A DNA stretch of 64,000 bases from Eledone cirrhosa (GCA_964016885.1 OZ024746.1:92318001-92382000); one strand, 5' to 3'. Numbered from the stretch's first letter, positions 1-12,730 are shown. Notes: generated from the letters alone by a model not told the origin. Program-made: numbers and translations.

Positions 1-476
1 CTAACCTTAACCTTAACCCTCTCACCCCAACCCTCACCATAACCCTAACCCTCTTACACCAACCCTAACCTTAACCTTAACCCTCTCACCCCACCCCTCA
101 CCATAACCCTAACCCTCTTACACCAACCCTAACCTTAACCTTAACCCTCTCACCCCACCCCTCACCATAACCCTAACCCTCTTACACCAACCCTAACCTT
201 AACCTTAACCCTCTCACCCCACCCCTCACCATAACCCTAACCCTCTTACACCAACCCTAACCTTAACCTTAACCCTCTCACACCACCCCTCACCATAACC
301 CTAACCCTCTTACACCAACCCTAACCTTAACCCTCTCACCCCAACCCTCACCATAACCCTAACCCTCTTACACCAACCCTAACCTTAACCCTCTCACCCC
401 AACCCTCATCATAACCCTAACCCTCTCACCCCAACCCTCTCACCCCAACCCTCTCACCCCAACCCTCACCATAACC
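1..476 (+). repeat. Telomere-like minisatellite, ~64-bp unit built from degenerate CCCTAA/CCTTAA hexamers
   Basis: Unit ctaaccttaaccttaaccctctcacccc(a/c)accctcaccataaccctaaccctcttacaccaacc recurs at 1, 65, 129, 193, 257, then decays. Confidence 0.9.
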
Positions 477-760
477 TAGTACGCAAATTGAAATTTAGAA
501 TTTTTTTTTGAAAACAGAGAGGGAGAGGGAGAGGGAGAGGGAGAATAACAGAGTGAGAGAGAGAGGGGGGAGATAGATAGATAGAGTAAGAGAGGGAGGG
601 GAGATAGAGTGATAGAGAGAAAAGTAGCGGTCTGAATGTATGTTGAAAAAAAATGAAATTTTCGAAAAATAAAAATAAAATGAAAACGTGACAACGACCC
701 GAAATTGCCTTATATATATATCATACAGCATGTATTCATTCTTCCATTAACATTACAAGG

Positions 761-838
761 GGTCTGACGAGCCGCGGGTTACAGAGTCAGGTCAGATCGA
801 TACAGATCGAACCTTGAGCTGGCGAAACGCGCGTCACC
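761..838 (+). ncRNA. Type I hammerhead ribozyme (Penelope pLTR type)
   Basis: ggt-CTGACGA-gcc...ggc-GAAA-cgcgcg-TC-acc: intact core, stem I ggt/acc, extended stem II, palindromic stem III, GUC triplet; AATAAA at 843. Confidence 0.8.
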
Positions 839-990
839 AACCAATAAACGTAATGAAGGAGTAACCAATCGTCCTTATTTAACTATAATACATTCTGTAT
901 AGCTCTACACATCGACACTGAAGTGAACCTAAACATCGGGTGCTCACCCGGGTGAACCTACGGTAACTCCAAGTTACACTCCCTGGAAAT

Positions 991-3555
991 ATATATGAAA
1001 ATGTTTAATCCCGACGACAGAGCTCAAGCCGTTTCGACGGCTATTTTTGGACTAAATTAGAATTTTTAGCGTGGTAATAAATAGCCGAACTTGTCATGGG
1101 GTAATTCCTTTTATGAGAAGATTATAGTTGTCAAAAGGATTGGGCAAAATTTCTTGTAAACACAATTAAATCTTTCATGGCAGTGGGTGGGGGTAGGGTG
1201 GCTGAACTTGCCTGTAGAACAATGAGGAAGTGGGGGGGAACCGGCCAAGCGTTGAAAGTGAATTCTATACAGCAAATTCTAAGGAGTGTGTATGAAATTA
1301 GGCTAGTTAGGAATGCTTCCTAACTAGCCTAAAGCATACTGAGAGTAGGACGTTATAGATATGGTTAATAAATTGAGATTAAAAGATAAAAAAAAAAAAA
1401 ATTAAATAGTAAAAATAATTAAAAAAATCTCTAGAGTCTAAAGCAGTTGCTATATTTTTAGCTGGTATTGCGTTTTCGGCCAATGCTATATATAATTTAC
1501 TGGGGTGGGGGTACTGAGGCTACAGAAGCCCGATGGGCTGCCTTGGGGTAAGCGAAAGAAGGAAAAAGGAAAAGGAAGAGGAGAGGGAGTGGAAGGAAGT
1601 GATAAGAAGAGATAAAGGGAAGAAGAAAAGAAAAAGAAAAAGAAAAGAAGTACATCTACCTATGTATGCTGGGGTTTCCCCTATCTTGTTGGGCAAGTGG
1701 GGAAATGAAGGATGTTGCAGCCATTGCGTTATCTAGTTCCTACGTCCGTAGTAGAGCACTTTCCGACCCTACCACGCCATATCCCGATTTTTCCAGCTCA
1801 AGTTTCATTACACCCAACATGCGAAAACAGACCATCGACTTCTCCACTAAAAAACATCCCAGTTCCACCGAGAAAACTTTACCTTCGGATGCTCACGCAA
1901 AAAATTGACCTGTTTGCGAAAAGAAACATCATTCTCCACGCCAGGAAGATAGTCCCCCTTTTCGACAACTCCAGGTGGATAAAGAGAGCTCCCGACTCCC
2001 TCGTCGACGTCAGTATGGGCGCGACCGACTCGGCCGAGGTGACCAATTTTATATGATTATTCCTACTACATAAGCTCACCGAAATGTTCCTTGCATTCGG
2101 CAGTGGATTGTACCGAGACGATGGGCTCCATACCCTCAAAGGGTACAACCCCAGTAGTACAGACCGGGTCCGTAAACAACTAATCAACTTCTGCCGGGAC
2201 TGGGGATTTAAAATCACCCTACAAACGTCCCTAACCCGAGTCAATTTCCTGGACGTTACCCTCAACCTCGAAAATGATCTGTACTACCCATACAGGAAAC
2301 AAAACGACAACCTTCACTACATCCATCGCCGCACTAACCATCCTAGAAACATCACCAATAAACTGGTTAAAAACATCCCCCTCCGCATATCTCGCCTGTC
2401 CGTTAATGAGCAGATATTCGATGAATATGCGCCGCATTACAACCAGGCGCTCAAGCAAAGAGGCTTTCGGGAGGAAATCTCCTTCTATCCAGCTTCCCTT
2501 AGCGGAACCAGCAGGCGACGCCGCCGCTCACGCCACGTAACGTGGTTCAACCCTTCCCCACAATGCCGAGGTGGCAACACCAATCGGGAAAATCTTTAGG
2601 CTCCTCAAAAAACACTTCCCACCACAACACCGCTACCACAACATAATCAACAAAAAAACCTATCAAACTCTCCTACAGCACTACACCCAACTTCGCACAA
2701 AACATCACCTCCTCAAACAACAAGAAACTCAACCTCTATGGAGGAAACAACCTAGACATTAGTGGAGAGCCTACCAGGAGGTGTAACTGCCCTGATAGAT
2801 CTACGTGCCTCCTCAACAACAGATGCCGAGAACGTAACGTGATCTACAAATGCAACGTGAGGACAGAAACCTCCAACAAAGCCTATATAGGATTAACCGC
2901 TTGCGACTTCAAGACCCGGTTCTACCATCATGTCGATACGTTCCGAAAACCGGCCCGGTGACATGCCACTACACTTTCGGACCACAGCTAGAACCTCCGA
3001 GATAACAACATAACATACCACCTTACTTGGAGCTTACTGTCCAGCGCTAACTCCTACACGGGAGGACGCCGTCCGTGTAACTTATGCTCGGAGGAAACAT
3101 TACAAATGCTGTTTACGAAGGACCAACTCCTAAATAAAAAAGACGCACTTGTAACTGCATGTAAACACCGAGTGCGTAGGACTTACTTTGCCCTCGAACC
3201 CCCTCATAACACAGGTGGGTAGACAATGGCTGCAACACCCTTCTTTTCCCCACTTGCCCAACAAGATAGGGAAAACCCCAGCATACATAGGTAGATGTAC
3301 TTCTTTTCTTTTGCTTTTTCTTTTCTTCTTCCCTTTATCTCTTCTTATCACTTCCTTCCACTCCCTCTCCTCTTCATTTTCCTTTTTCCCTCTTTCGCTT
3401 ACCCCAAGGCAGCCCATCGGGCTTCTGTAGCCTCAGTACCCCACCCCAGTAAATTATATATAGCATTGGCCGAAAACGCAATACCAGCTAAAAATATAGC
3501 AACTGCTTTAGACTCTAGAGATTTTTAAAATTATTTTTACTATTTAATTTTATTA
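991..3555 (+). mobile_element. Penelope-like retroelement, 5'-truncated, with inverted pLTR copy upstream
   Basis: RT motifs (MGA..SAEV, GLYRDDGL, VNFLDVTL, HP) then GIY-YIG (VIYKC...AYIGLT, ~2838-2900); ~1400-1727 is the reverse complement of ~3225-3550. Confidence 0.9.
1728..3190 (+). pseudogene. Disrupted Penelope RT/GIY-YIG ORF
   Basis: ORF pieces 1712-2056, 2084-2599 and 2571-2762 in shifting frames, with stops. Confidence 0.85.
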
Positions 3556-3684
3556 TTTTTATTACCTTAAGTAGAAATTCTTAATGACGAACTATCAAAC
3601 AACTATTTTTCCTGTGACCTTTGACACATTTGGTGGAGTTGGGCCGCTGACAGAGAAGTTCTTGCCATTACCAACAACTCAGCT

Positions 3685-4612
3685 TACTGAGGTGGCAGGT
3701 GGTGACCGTGATGGTGCTTGGCTATTTCAGTGCCTTAGCCTCGCTATCACCTCACCTTACTGAGGTATCAGGTGATGCCCGTGAGGGTGCTTGGCTATTT
3801 CAGTGCCTTAGCCTCACTATCACCTCACCTTACTGAGGTATCAGGTGATGCCCGTGAGGGTGCTTGGCTATTTCAGTGCCTTAGCCTCACTATCACCTCA
3901 CCTTACTGAGGTATCAGGTGATGCCCGTGAGGGTGCTTGGCTATTTCAGTGCCTTAGCCTCGCTATCACCTCACCTTACTGAGGTATCAGGTGATGCCCG
4001 TGAGGGTGCTTGGCTATTTCAGTGCCTTAGCCTCACTATCACCTCACCTTACTGAGGTATCAGGTGATGCCCGTGATGGTGCTTGGCTATTTCAGTGCCT
4101 TAGCCTCACTATCACCTCACCTTACTGAGGTATCAGGTGATGCCCGTGAGGGTGCTTGGCTATTTCAGTGCCTTAGCCTCGCTATCACCTCACCTTACTG
4201 AGGTATCAGGTGATGCCCGTGAGGGTGCTTGGCTATTTCAGTGCCTTAGCCTCACTATCACCTCACCTTACTGAGGTATCAGGTGATGCCCGTGAGGGTG
4301 CTTGGCTATTTCAGTGCCTTAGCCTCGCTATCACCTCACCTTACTGAGGTATCAGGTGATGCCCGTGAGGGTGCTTGGCTATTTCAGTGCCTTAGCCTCG
4401 CTATCACCTCACCTTACTGAGGTATCAGGTGATGCCCGTGAAGGTGCTTGGCTATTTCAGTGCCTTAGCCTCGCTATCACCTCACCTTACTGAGGTATCA
4501 GGTGATGCCCGTGAGGGTGCTTGGCTATTTCAGTGCCTTAGCCTCGCTATCACCTCACCTTACTGAGGTGTCAGGTGATGCCCGTGAGGGTGCTTGGTTA
4601 TTTCAGTGCCTT
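3685..4612 (+). repeat. 73-bp minisatellite (~12.5 copies) derived from a CRE-type LINE 3' coding end
   Basis: tgagg at 3761, 3834, 3907; unit reads LTEVSGDAREGAWLFQCLSL; preceded by a FGGVGPLT LINE remnant. Confidence 0.9.
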
Positions 4613-4688
4613 TTATTACCTGATAATAATAATGATAATTGTTCACGACATTACCTTAGTATTTTAAATTAAATAAATAAACAAAAGT

Positions 4689-4724
<36 letters not shown>

Positions 4725-4808
4725 GTAGGAGGTGAGTAATATTGTAGAACAATAAAACTATGCATATATCAGATAAGTAGCACTCAACAGTTGGTAGAAC
4801 TGGAGTAT

Positions 4809-4901
4809 ATATAAAGAAGAAATTAAAAGATGGTTAAAAAAGTTCCATATATTGCGCATAATAAAATATATGGAACTTTTTTAACCATCTTTTAATTTCT
4901 T

Positions 4902-4910
<9 letters not shown>
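4809..4910. repeat. Inverted repeat abutting (TA)n, probable Penelope terminal remnant
   Basis: ataaagaagaaattaaaagatggttaaaaaagttccatatat / atatatggaacttttttaaccatcttttaatttcttctttat. Confidence 0.75.
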
Positions 4911-4998
<88 letters not shown>

Positions 4999-5019
4999 AT
5001 TATATATACACACATATAT

Positions 5020-5640
5020 ATGTTCAAATACCGGTGAGTTTAACTTTGCCTTTCATCCCCCCGCAGGAGGGGGGGGGGATAAAAAAAGTACCAGTGAAGT
5101 ACAAAAGTCGACATAATCAACCCCACACTCACCAAAAACTGCGGGCCTTGTGCCTGTGGATTGGCAGAATCGTTGGAGCGCCGGACAAATGTTTTGCGAT
5201 ATTTGTTCTAGCTCTTTACGTTTTGAGTTCAAATCCCGCTGAGCTCAACTGTCTTTCAGCTTTCTGGGTATCGTACAATCGACTTTCTCTTTTCCACAAA
5301 TTGCTGGCCTTGTGCCTCAATTACAAATCATTAGGGCGGTGGATTGGCAGTATCGGTAGAGCGTCGAACAACATGCTTTGCGGCATAGAGTTACGATCCG
5401 TTACGATCCGAGTTCAAATACCGCCGAGGTTAACTTTGCCTTTCATCCTTACGGGATCGATAAAATAAAGTACCAGTAATACACTGGAATAATCGCTGGC
5501 CTTGTGCCAAAAGTAGAAACAATTATTACTACTAGTTGAAATCCCACTACATTTCGTCCTTGTTAGGATCAAAGTACCAGTCAAGTACTGAGGTCGACTT
5601 TATTCCGCCCGTGAAATTTCTGGCCTTGTGCCTAAAAATA
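5020..5640 (+). mobile_element. Cluster of tRNA-derived SINE fragments (Deu/Nin-like central domain)
   Basis: Repeated B-box gagttcaaat followed by ctttgcctttcatcc...gataaaataaagtaccagt; similar copies at 24375-24540(-), 42920-43060(-), 44645-44775(-), 60510-60690(+), 60915-61125(+). Confidence 0.75.
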
Positions 5641-5897
5641 CACATTGTTCTAACAATCGATACTATTTACTTGTTGCCTAAAGAATGTTTAGTATTCACC
5701 TTACACCATTCTGAGAACATTAGGTAGTGTATTATTTAAAGTGCGACAGTAGTAGCTGTTGTTGTTTAACCCCAGGTCGGCCATGTTTCGGGCAGAATTA
5801 TCATAAAAAATATCTGGTAATAACCACTGTATCTTATTTATAGGCAGAGTCGAAGACATCATATTTTTATGGTGACAGGGAGGGCATGATCTAAGGG

Positions 5898-6245
5898 GGA
5901 TTTAGCTACTATTTCTAGCGAGTCCTATGTTGCCTGTTGGTGGTAGTTGTTATTACGATGATGATAATTCCAACTCTCATGTGTTACTAGGTGTAAGGTG
6001 AATTTAGCTACTATTTCTAGCGAGTCCTATGCTGTTTGGTGGTGGTAGTTGTTATGATGGTAATGGTGTTACCAACTCTCATGTCTTACAAGGTGTAAGG
6101 TGGATTTAGCTACTATTTCTAGCGAGTCCTATGCTGTTTGGTGGTGGTAGTTGTTATGATGGTAATGGTGTTACCAACTCTCATGTCTTACAAGGTGTAA
6201 GGTGGATTTAGCTACTATTTCTAGCGAGTCTTATGCTGCCTAGTG
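5898..6245 (+). repeat. 102-bp tandem repeat (~3.3 copies) upstream of copine
   Basis: tttagctactatttctagcgagtc at 5901, 6003, 6105, 6207. Confidence 0.85.
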
Positions 6246-6612
6246 GTAGTAGTTATGATAGTGACTATGAAAGGCGGGTGTAGTTTATAGGTTTTAACGT
6301 CACCAGTGACTGACTGTCTCAATTATAACTATGTGCCGTCACACACACACACACACATAGTTACATCATATATACACACACATAGTTACATCATATATAC
6401 ACATACACACGCACTTGTCTACCAATTGTTTTGCGTGTGTAAGTATGTATGTATTAAAAAATATATATATATGTGTCTATGTTTCTGTCTATATGTATCT
6501 CTCTGTATGTATGTGTGTGGCTGTGTGTATGTCCACATTATCGCGGTGATACCACACTGTTAAGGTGGTGTAGGCGTGCGTGTCTGTGTTTTGGTTCATT
6601 ATAGTACACAAA

Positions 6613-6686
6613 ATGGCTACTGATATGTTCGTTCCTGGTAGTAGCATGGTACCAGCTACTCTTGTCGAGCTTTCCGTTTCTTGCAG
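6613..6686 (+). CDS. CPNE: Copine (CPNE5/8/9-like) coding exon 1, MATDMFVPGSSMVPATLVELSVSC(R)
   Basis: aaaATGG start context; PAT-x-VELSVSCR is the copine C2A N-terminal strand; donor CAG|gtaaaa, phase 2. Confidence 0.92.
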
Positions 6687-7020
6687 GTAAAACAAACCTC
6701 ACAAAACTCTCAATATTTCTATATGTTGTCATCTTAAATATCATTCCGTAGTCCACCACCATCATCGATCTCTCTTTCCTGTCTTTTTCTTCTTATTGTT
6801 TTTGTTTTGTTAGAATACGGGGATGGGGTGTAATTATTATATTTAATCTTTTGGAGTCTTGGAATCTCAAAGACAAAACAAACAAACACGCATTTTCGCA
6901 CACATTCATAGACACACACACACACATAATATATATATATATATTATATACACACACACACTGGGGGATTTCTCTCACTTTCTCTCGTTCTACATTAAAA
7001 TACTATTAAGTTATTCGGAA

Positions 7021-7051
<31 letters not shown>

Positions 7052-7322
7052 TCACGCAAACATACGTAATATACTGAAATAGATAGACAGAAGGTGGGAT
7101 ATTGAAAAAGATATATATATGTAAACACACACACACACATTGCTAGAATGTTTGTCACCAAATGTATTCTACATATTATTTATGTTTATAAGTTAAATAT
7201 TAGATTATATTACCGCTGCTTCTAGATTATATTTCCAATAACCTCAAAATTCCTCACTTCTATCAACACGCAACAAGATATTAAGAAAAATACAGGTTAC
7301 TCTTAGATGACAACATTCCGTG

Positions 7323-7353
<31 letters not shown>

Positions 7354-7519
7354 TTATACACACACACACACACACACGCGCGCGCATATATATACACAGG
7401 GACAGGCGGATCCCTACCGAGAAGTGCGTCAATTAAGTTTTCAGTAAAAAACAAACCCAATAACTTTGACATATTTGTTGCTGTTCTTGTTTTAACATTA
7501 ATCTTCTACACTTTTCATT

Positions 7520-8145
7520 GTATACACACATACATACCTTTATATACACACATACATACCTTTATATACACATCCATACCTTTATACACACATACATACC
7601 TTTATACACACATCCATACCTTTATACACACATACATACCTTTATATACACACATCCATACCTTTATACACACATACATACCTTTATATACACACATCCA
7701 TACCTTTATACACACATACATACCTTTATACACACATACATACCTTTATATACACACCACACATCCATACCTTTATACACACACATCCATACCTTTATAC
7801 ACACATCCATACCTTTATACACACATACATACCTTTATATACACACCACACATACATACCTTTATACACACACATCCATACCTTTATACACACATACATA
7901 CCTTTATATACTCACGTTTATACATACATACACGATTACTCTCTCACATACACACGTTTATACAATCACACACGTTTATATACACATTCATCCACACCTA
8001 TTCTCACACGCACACGTTTATTCACACATTTATATACTCACACACGTTTATACACACACATACTTTCACACACACGTTCATCCACGTTTATCACACACAC
8101 GTTTATCACACATACACACGCGCGCGTTTATCACACACACACACA
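7520..8145 (+). repeat. Degenerate (CA/TA)-based minisatellite
   Basis: Recurring tacacacat(a/c)catacctttata units. Confidence 0.85.
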
Positions 8146-8619
8146 CGTCCATCGACATATCCTCTCCCACGGATCCCACAGACATAATTCTCTGTAATAA
8201 AGTATTCTAAATGTCAGCTGAACTAAGACTTATTATAAAGTGCTAAACTTCTCTTATTTTCATGTCTTTCTCTTGTTTTTCCGTTGTTTTGTTCAACTTG
8301 TAAATCCCCCCCCCCCCCCCCAATCGTATAATTTGATAAATGATTTAATATTTGGCTGTCATCACGATCATATGACAAAAGAGACTTCTCCAACACTTGT
8401 TTATATATGAAAGATCTCACCGTTGCTAGTTCTTCACATTGACCACACCTTAAACAGTGAAACTAATGCTAAACATTTCACAAACCAACACTTATCATAA
8501 AACACATCATTCCTGTTCATTGAATAAACGGACAAATTCACCAATTCCTTCGTTTTTTTTTACCACTTTCAGCTTAATCTATCTTACACTCACACACACA
8601 TGATTCTGAATTTCAGTCT

Positions 8620-11600
8620 GCCTATATTTAATGTTAAAGTTATAGGATTTTTATGTAAAACCCCCTCCGTCACGTCTTGTAATGTCCCATTTCTTGCACG
8701 CCCTTGTGGCAAATAAAGATATATATCTATCTATCTATCAGTCTATCTGTCTGTCTATCTCTCTCTATATATATGTCTGTCTGTCTATTTATCTGTTTGT
8801 CTATCTGTCTGTCCATCTGTCTATCTATCTATGCTGATGTTGAGGGTTGTTCTATCCACGGAGTGTAAAACAACCCTGCAGTAACGTCCCCCCCCCCCTA
8901 TTGGGGATTTCAATTGTTATTTTATTATATGTAGTTTATTGTTATTTATTAATGTTAAAGTTATTTTTATGTAAAACCCCCGCCGTCACGTCTTGTAATG
9001 TCCCATTTTTGTACGCCCATGTGGCAAATAAAGAAAGATATCTATCTATGAATCTATCTATCTATCTGTCCAACTAACTGTCCATCTATATGTCCATCTA
9101 TCTGTCCATTTATCTATCTGTCTAACTATTCCACTTCAGAAGGAAGGTGAGAGTGGAGAGAGAGGTGCTACACCCCAGTAAATTCGCTGAAGGTGGGTGA
9201 ATGTGGCGAAAATGGCCCGAGTGAATGGGTCTTCTCTGTATATTAACCTGTAGGTTGAGGAAGATAAATAGAGGGAAGACGGGAACACCTATAAAACGTG
9301 CTCCTCGTGTTGAAGGTTGTTCTGTCTACGGGGTGTAAAACAACCCTGCAGTAATGTTCCTCCCTACTGGGGATTTCGATTGTTAATATTTTAATATATA
9401 GTTTATTGAGATTTATTAATGTTAACGTTTACACAATTTTCATGTAAAACCCCCGCCTTATCGTCTTGTAATGTCCCATTTCTTGTACGCCCTTGTGGCA
9501 AATAAAGATATCTATCTTTACATAGGCATGCAGGACTTGTTCTCTGGCGTCCTCTAAGCCGTCTACTGCAATTGGCAGCAGAACGGGACAATTCCCAGTT
9601 CTGCAGGCAACGCTGATCAGGAAAGACGAGAACAAGGGGGACGAAATAAACAATTTCAGGCCCATAACTCTACTCAACACAGAGTTAAAAATTTTGGCCA
9701 AGGTGCTAGCAACAAGGCTGGCGCTTGTCGTCGAAAACCTGGTAGGGAAAGCACAAACGTGTGCAATCCCGACCAGGTCCATACACGACAACCTCCACCT
9801 CATGCGATACAAGTGCGACGACGAACTCACCAGTGTGTTCGGTAGGACTTTCCGCCCAGGACCTATGGACAACTTTCAGAGGTCCCTGGCCTGGCAGTGT
9901 TACCGAGGAGCTCTACCCATTTGAGATAAGATTTACAGGCACCGACGCCCCGACAGGGATCCTTCCAAGAGGACGTGTCCAAGATGCACGCAGGACATTG
10001 AAACCGTCTTACACGCAATTGTACACTGCCCAGGTGTAAGCAACCTGTGGAACTATGCAGAACAACTGCTGTCGCGTATGGGACAAATCCAGTTGACTAC
10101 TGAGTCCATAGTAAGGATCAAACCGCCAGCCTCTTTCAAAAACAAGAGAGGCGGTTTTCCTCTGTACAGTGGCTATGGTGAAAGAGGTTATATGGTGGAC
10201 GAGATTGAGAGGACTGAGGAAAGATGCCTTTCACTCCGGACAACAATTGATTCCCTTCTTTAAGTATCACTTTAGAAGGAGAATCAAAGTGGAGAGAGAG
10301 GCACTGCACCCCAGTAAATTTACTGAAAGGTGGGTGAATGAAGCAAAAATGGCCCGAGTGATTGGGCTTTCTCTGTTTATAAGCCTGTAGGTTAAAGAAG
10401 AGAGCAAAAGGAAGAAAGGAGCACTTGCACAACACACTCCTGAAGTTGAGGGTTGTTCTATCGATGGGGTATTAAACAACCCATTTGTGGCATCTCCCCC
10501 CTATTGGGGATTTCGAATGTTACAATTGTTTGTTTCAATATTTTTACACGACTGTATGTAAAATCCCCAGCATGTGTCTTTTTATTGTCCCCTTTTCTTG
10601 TGCGCCCTTGTGGCAAATAAAGAAATATATCTATCCATCTGTATGTCTATCTGTCTATGCATCCCAGTAAATTCCCTGAAAGGTGGGTGAATGTGGCAAA
10701 TAAAGAAATCTATCTATCTATATGTCTGTCTGTCAGCCCCGTCGGGATGCCGGGGCTGACGATGCGCAAACACGCGCTCAAGCTGCGGCACCTCCACGTA
10801 TTCCTCACCGGAAAACCGGTGTGGGCCCCGTTCATGAGGCGAGCCTTCCCACGACTCGTCTCGCTGACCGAGCTGCAGTCCTGGGTCAAGAAAAGACCGA
10901 GGAAAATGGGCGACTGGCACATCGAATGGGCTCAGGCGCTCACAGCCCTCTGGCAGGCGGACCCGGCGATCAGTGGAGACTCCACCTCGTCATTCTATAG
11001 AGGGTTGTTCCGCAGCAAGTGCAACGACGCGCTCAGAGAAACTAGGCGTAGAGGAAGACGAACTGGCGAGTCTGTTCGGTAGGACCTTCCGCCTGGGACC
11101 GATGGACAACTTCCAAAAGTCCCTGGCCTGGCAGTGCTACCGAGGAGCTCTACCAGTTCGAGACGAGCTCTACAGACATGGGCGCCCGGGCAGGGACCCT
11201 TCGAAAAATATCTGTCCGAGATGCGTGCGAGGTGAAGAAACCGTCGCGCACGCATTCATACACTGCCTGGGCGTTACCGACCTGTTGGGCTATGTAGATC
11301 GACTATTGTCGCGGGTGGGACCAATCCGGTTGACCACCGAGTCTATTGTCATGATCAAACCGCCACCCTCCTTCAAAAACGACGGAGAGGGGGTTTTCCT
11401 TTGTGTGATAACTATGGCGAAAGAGGTTGTATGGTGGATGAGGTTAAAAGGGCTGAGGTCAGACACTTTTCTCTCCGGCCAACAACTGATTCTTTTTTTC
11501 AAATACCACTTTGGAAGAATAATCAGAATGGAGAGAGAGGTGCTGTACCCCAGCAAGTTTTATGAAAGGTGGGTGAAAGTGGCGAGAATGGCCCGAGTGA

Positions 11601-11880
11601 ATGGGCCTTCTCTCTATATCAGCCTGTAGGTTGAGGAAAAAGAGGTAGAGAGGAAAGGGGTACAAACTCTTTGTACTCCTGGAGATGAGGGCTGCACATT
11701 TTTTCGGGGGTATGTGTTACCCATATGAAATGTCTGCCCTTATTGGGGAAAATCGATTAATTTTTCAATTACATTTGTGATAATATTTTACACGTTTCTA
11801 TTGTATGTAAACTTCCCCCTTTGTATTTGTCCCCTTCTTTTGTGCCCCTGTAGCTAATAAAGAAACATATCTATCTATCT
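8620..11880 (+). mobile_element. Stack of truncated Tx1/L1-clade LINE copies separated by (CTAT)n/(CTGT)n
   Basis: RT N-terminus FRPITLLNTELKILAKVLATRL (~9650-9810); zf-RVT-like AWQCYRGALP...CPRC...ETVAHAFIHC (10973-11629, second copy ~9840-10390); shared 3' UTR ending aataaag. Confidence 0.85.
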
Positions 11881-12327
11881 ATATGTCTATCTGTCTGTCC
11901 CCCCCTCCTCTCTGTATATATATATATCTCTGTCCAGCTATTTGCCCTGCCTGGTGTCTGTCTACATATTTCTCTCTCTATCTGTCCTTCTGTCTGTCTC
12001 TCTATCTGTCCTTCTGTCTGTCTCTCTATCTGCCTATATATCAACAATGATTGGACACGCACATTCCTGTATAATGTATATTCCTGTGTATATACATTAT
12101 AAACACACACATACACATCATCATCATCATCGTTTCACATCTTCCACGCTAGCAGGGTTATTAATTGTATATATATTGTATATTCTTGAGTATGTACATT
12201 ATACACACACACATACACACACATATATACACATATATACATCGTTGAGTGATGTGTTTAGATAAGTTGTCATGTTCAGCTCTTAAACTGGTCAGATGAC
12301 CACACCTTGCTCAACTCTTCCATTCTA

Positions 12328-12730
12328 GCATGGTTTCTATAGCTGGTGCCCTTCCTAAAACCAACCACTTTACAGAGTGTACTGGGAGCATGGTTTCTAT
12401 AGCTGGTGCCCTTCCTAAAACCAACCACTTTACAGAGTGTACTGGGAGCATGGTTTCTATAGCTGGTGCCCTTCCTAAAACCAACCACTTTACAGAGTGT
12501 ACTGGGAGCATGGTTTCTATAGCTGGTGCCCTTCCTAAGACCAACCACTTTACAGAGTGTACTGGGAGCATGGTTTCTATAGCTGGATGCCCTTCATAAT
12601 ACCAACCACTTTACAGAGTGTACTGGGAGCATGGTTTCTATAGCTGGATGCCCTTCATAATACCAACCACTTTACAGAGTGTACTGGGAGCATGGTTTCT
12701 ATAGCTGGATGCCCTTCATAATACCAACCA
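12328..12730 (+). repeat. 60-bp minisatellite (~6.7 copies) from the SINE/RTE-tail core, reverse orientation
   Basis: agcatggtttctatagctgg(a)tgcccttc...accaaccactttacagagtgtactggg repeated. Confidence 0.9.

Noticed and set aside
3685-4612. CRISPR-like appearance of this and the other 28-73-bp arrays
   Set aside because: Units are contiguous with no unique spacers, there are no cas genes, and the context is eukaryotic
5160-5430. tRNA genes suggested by A/B-box motifs
   Set aside because: No cloverleaf; these are SINE heads followed by the shared SINE core
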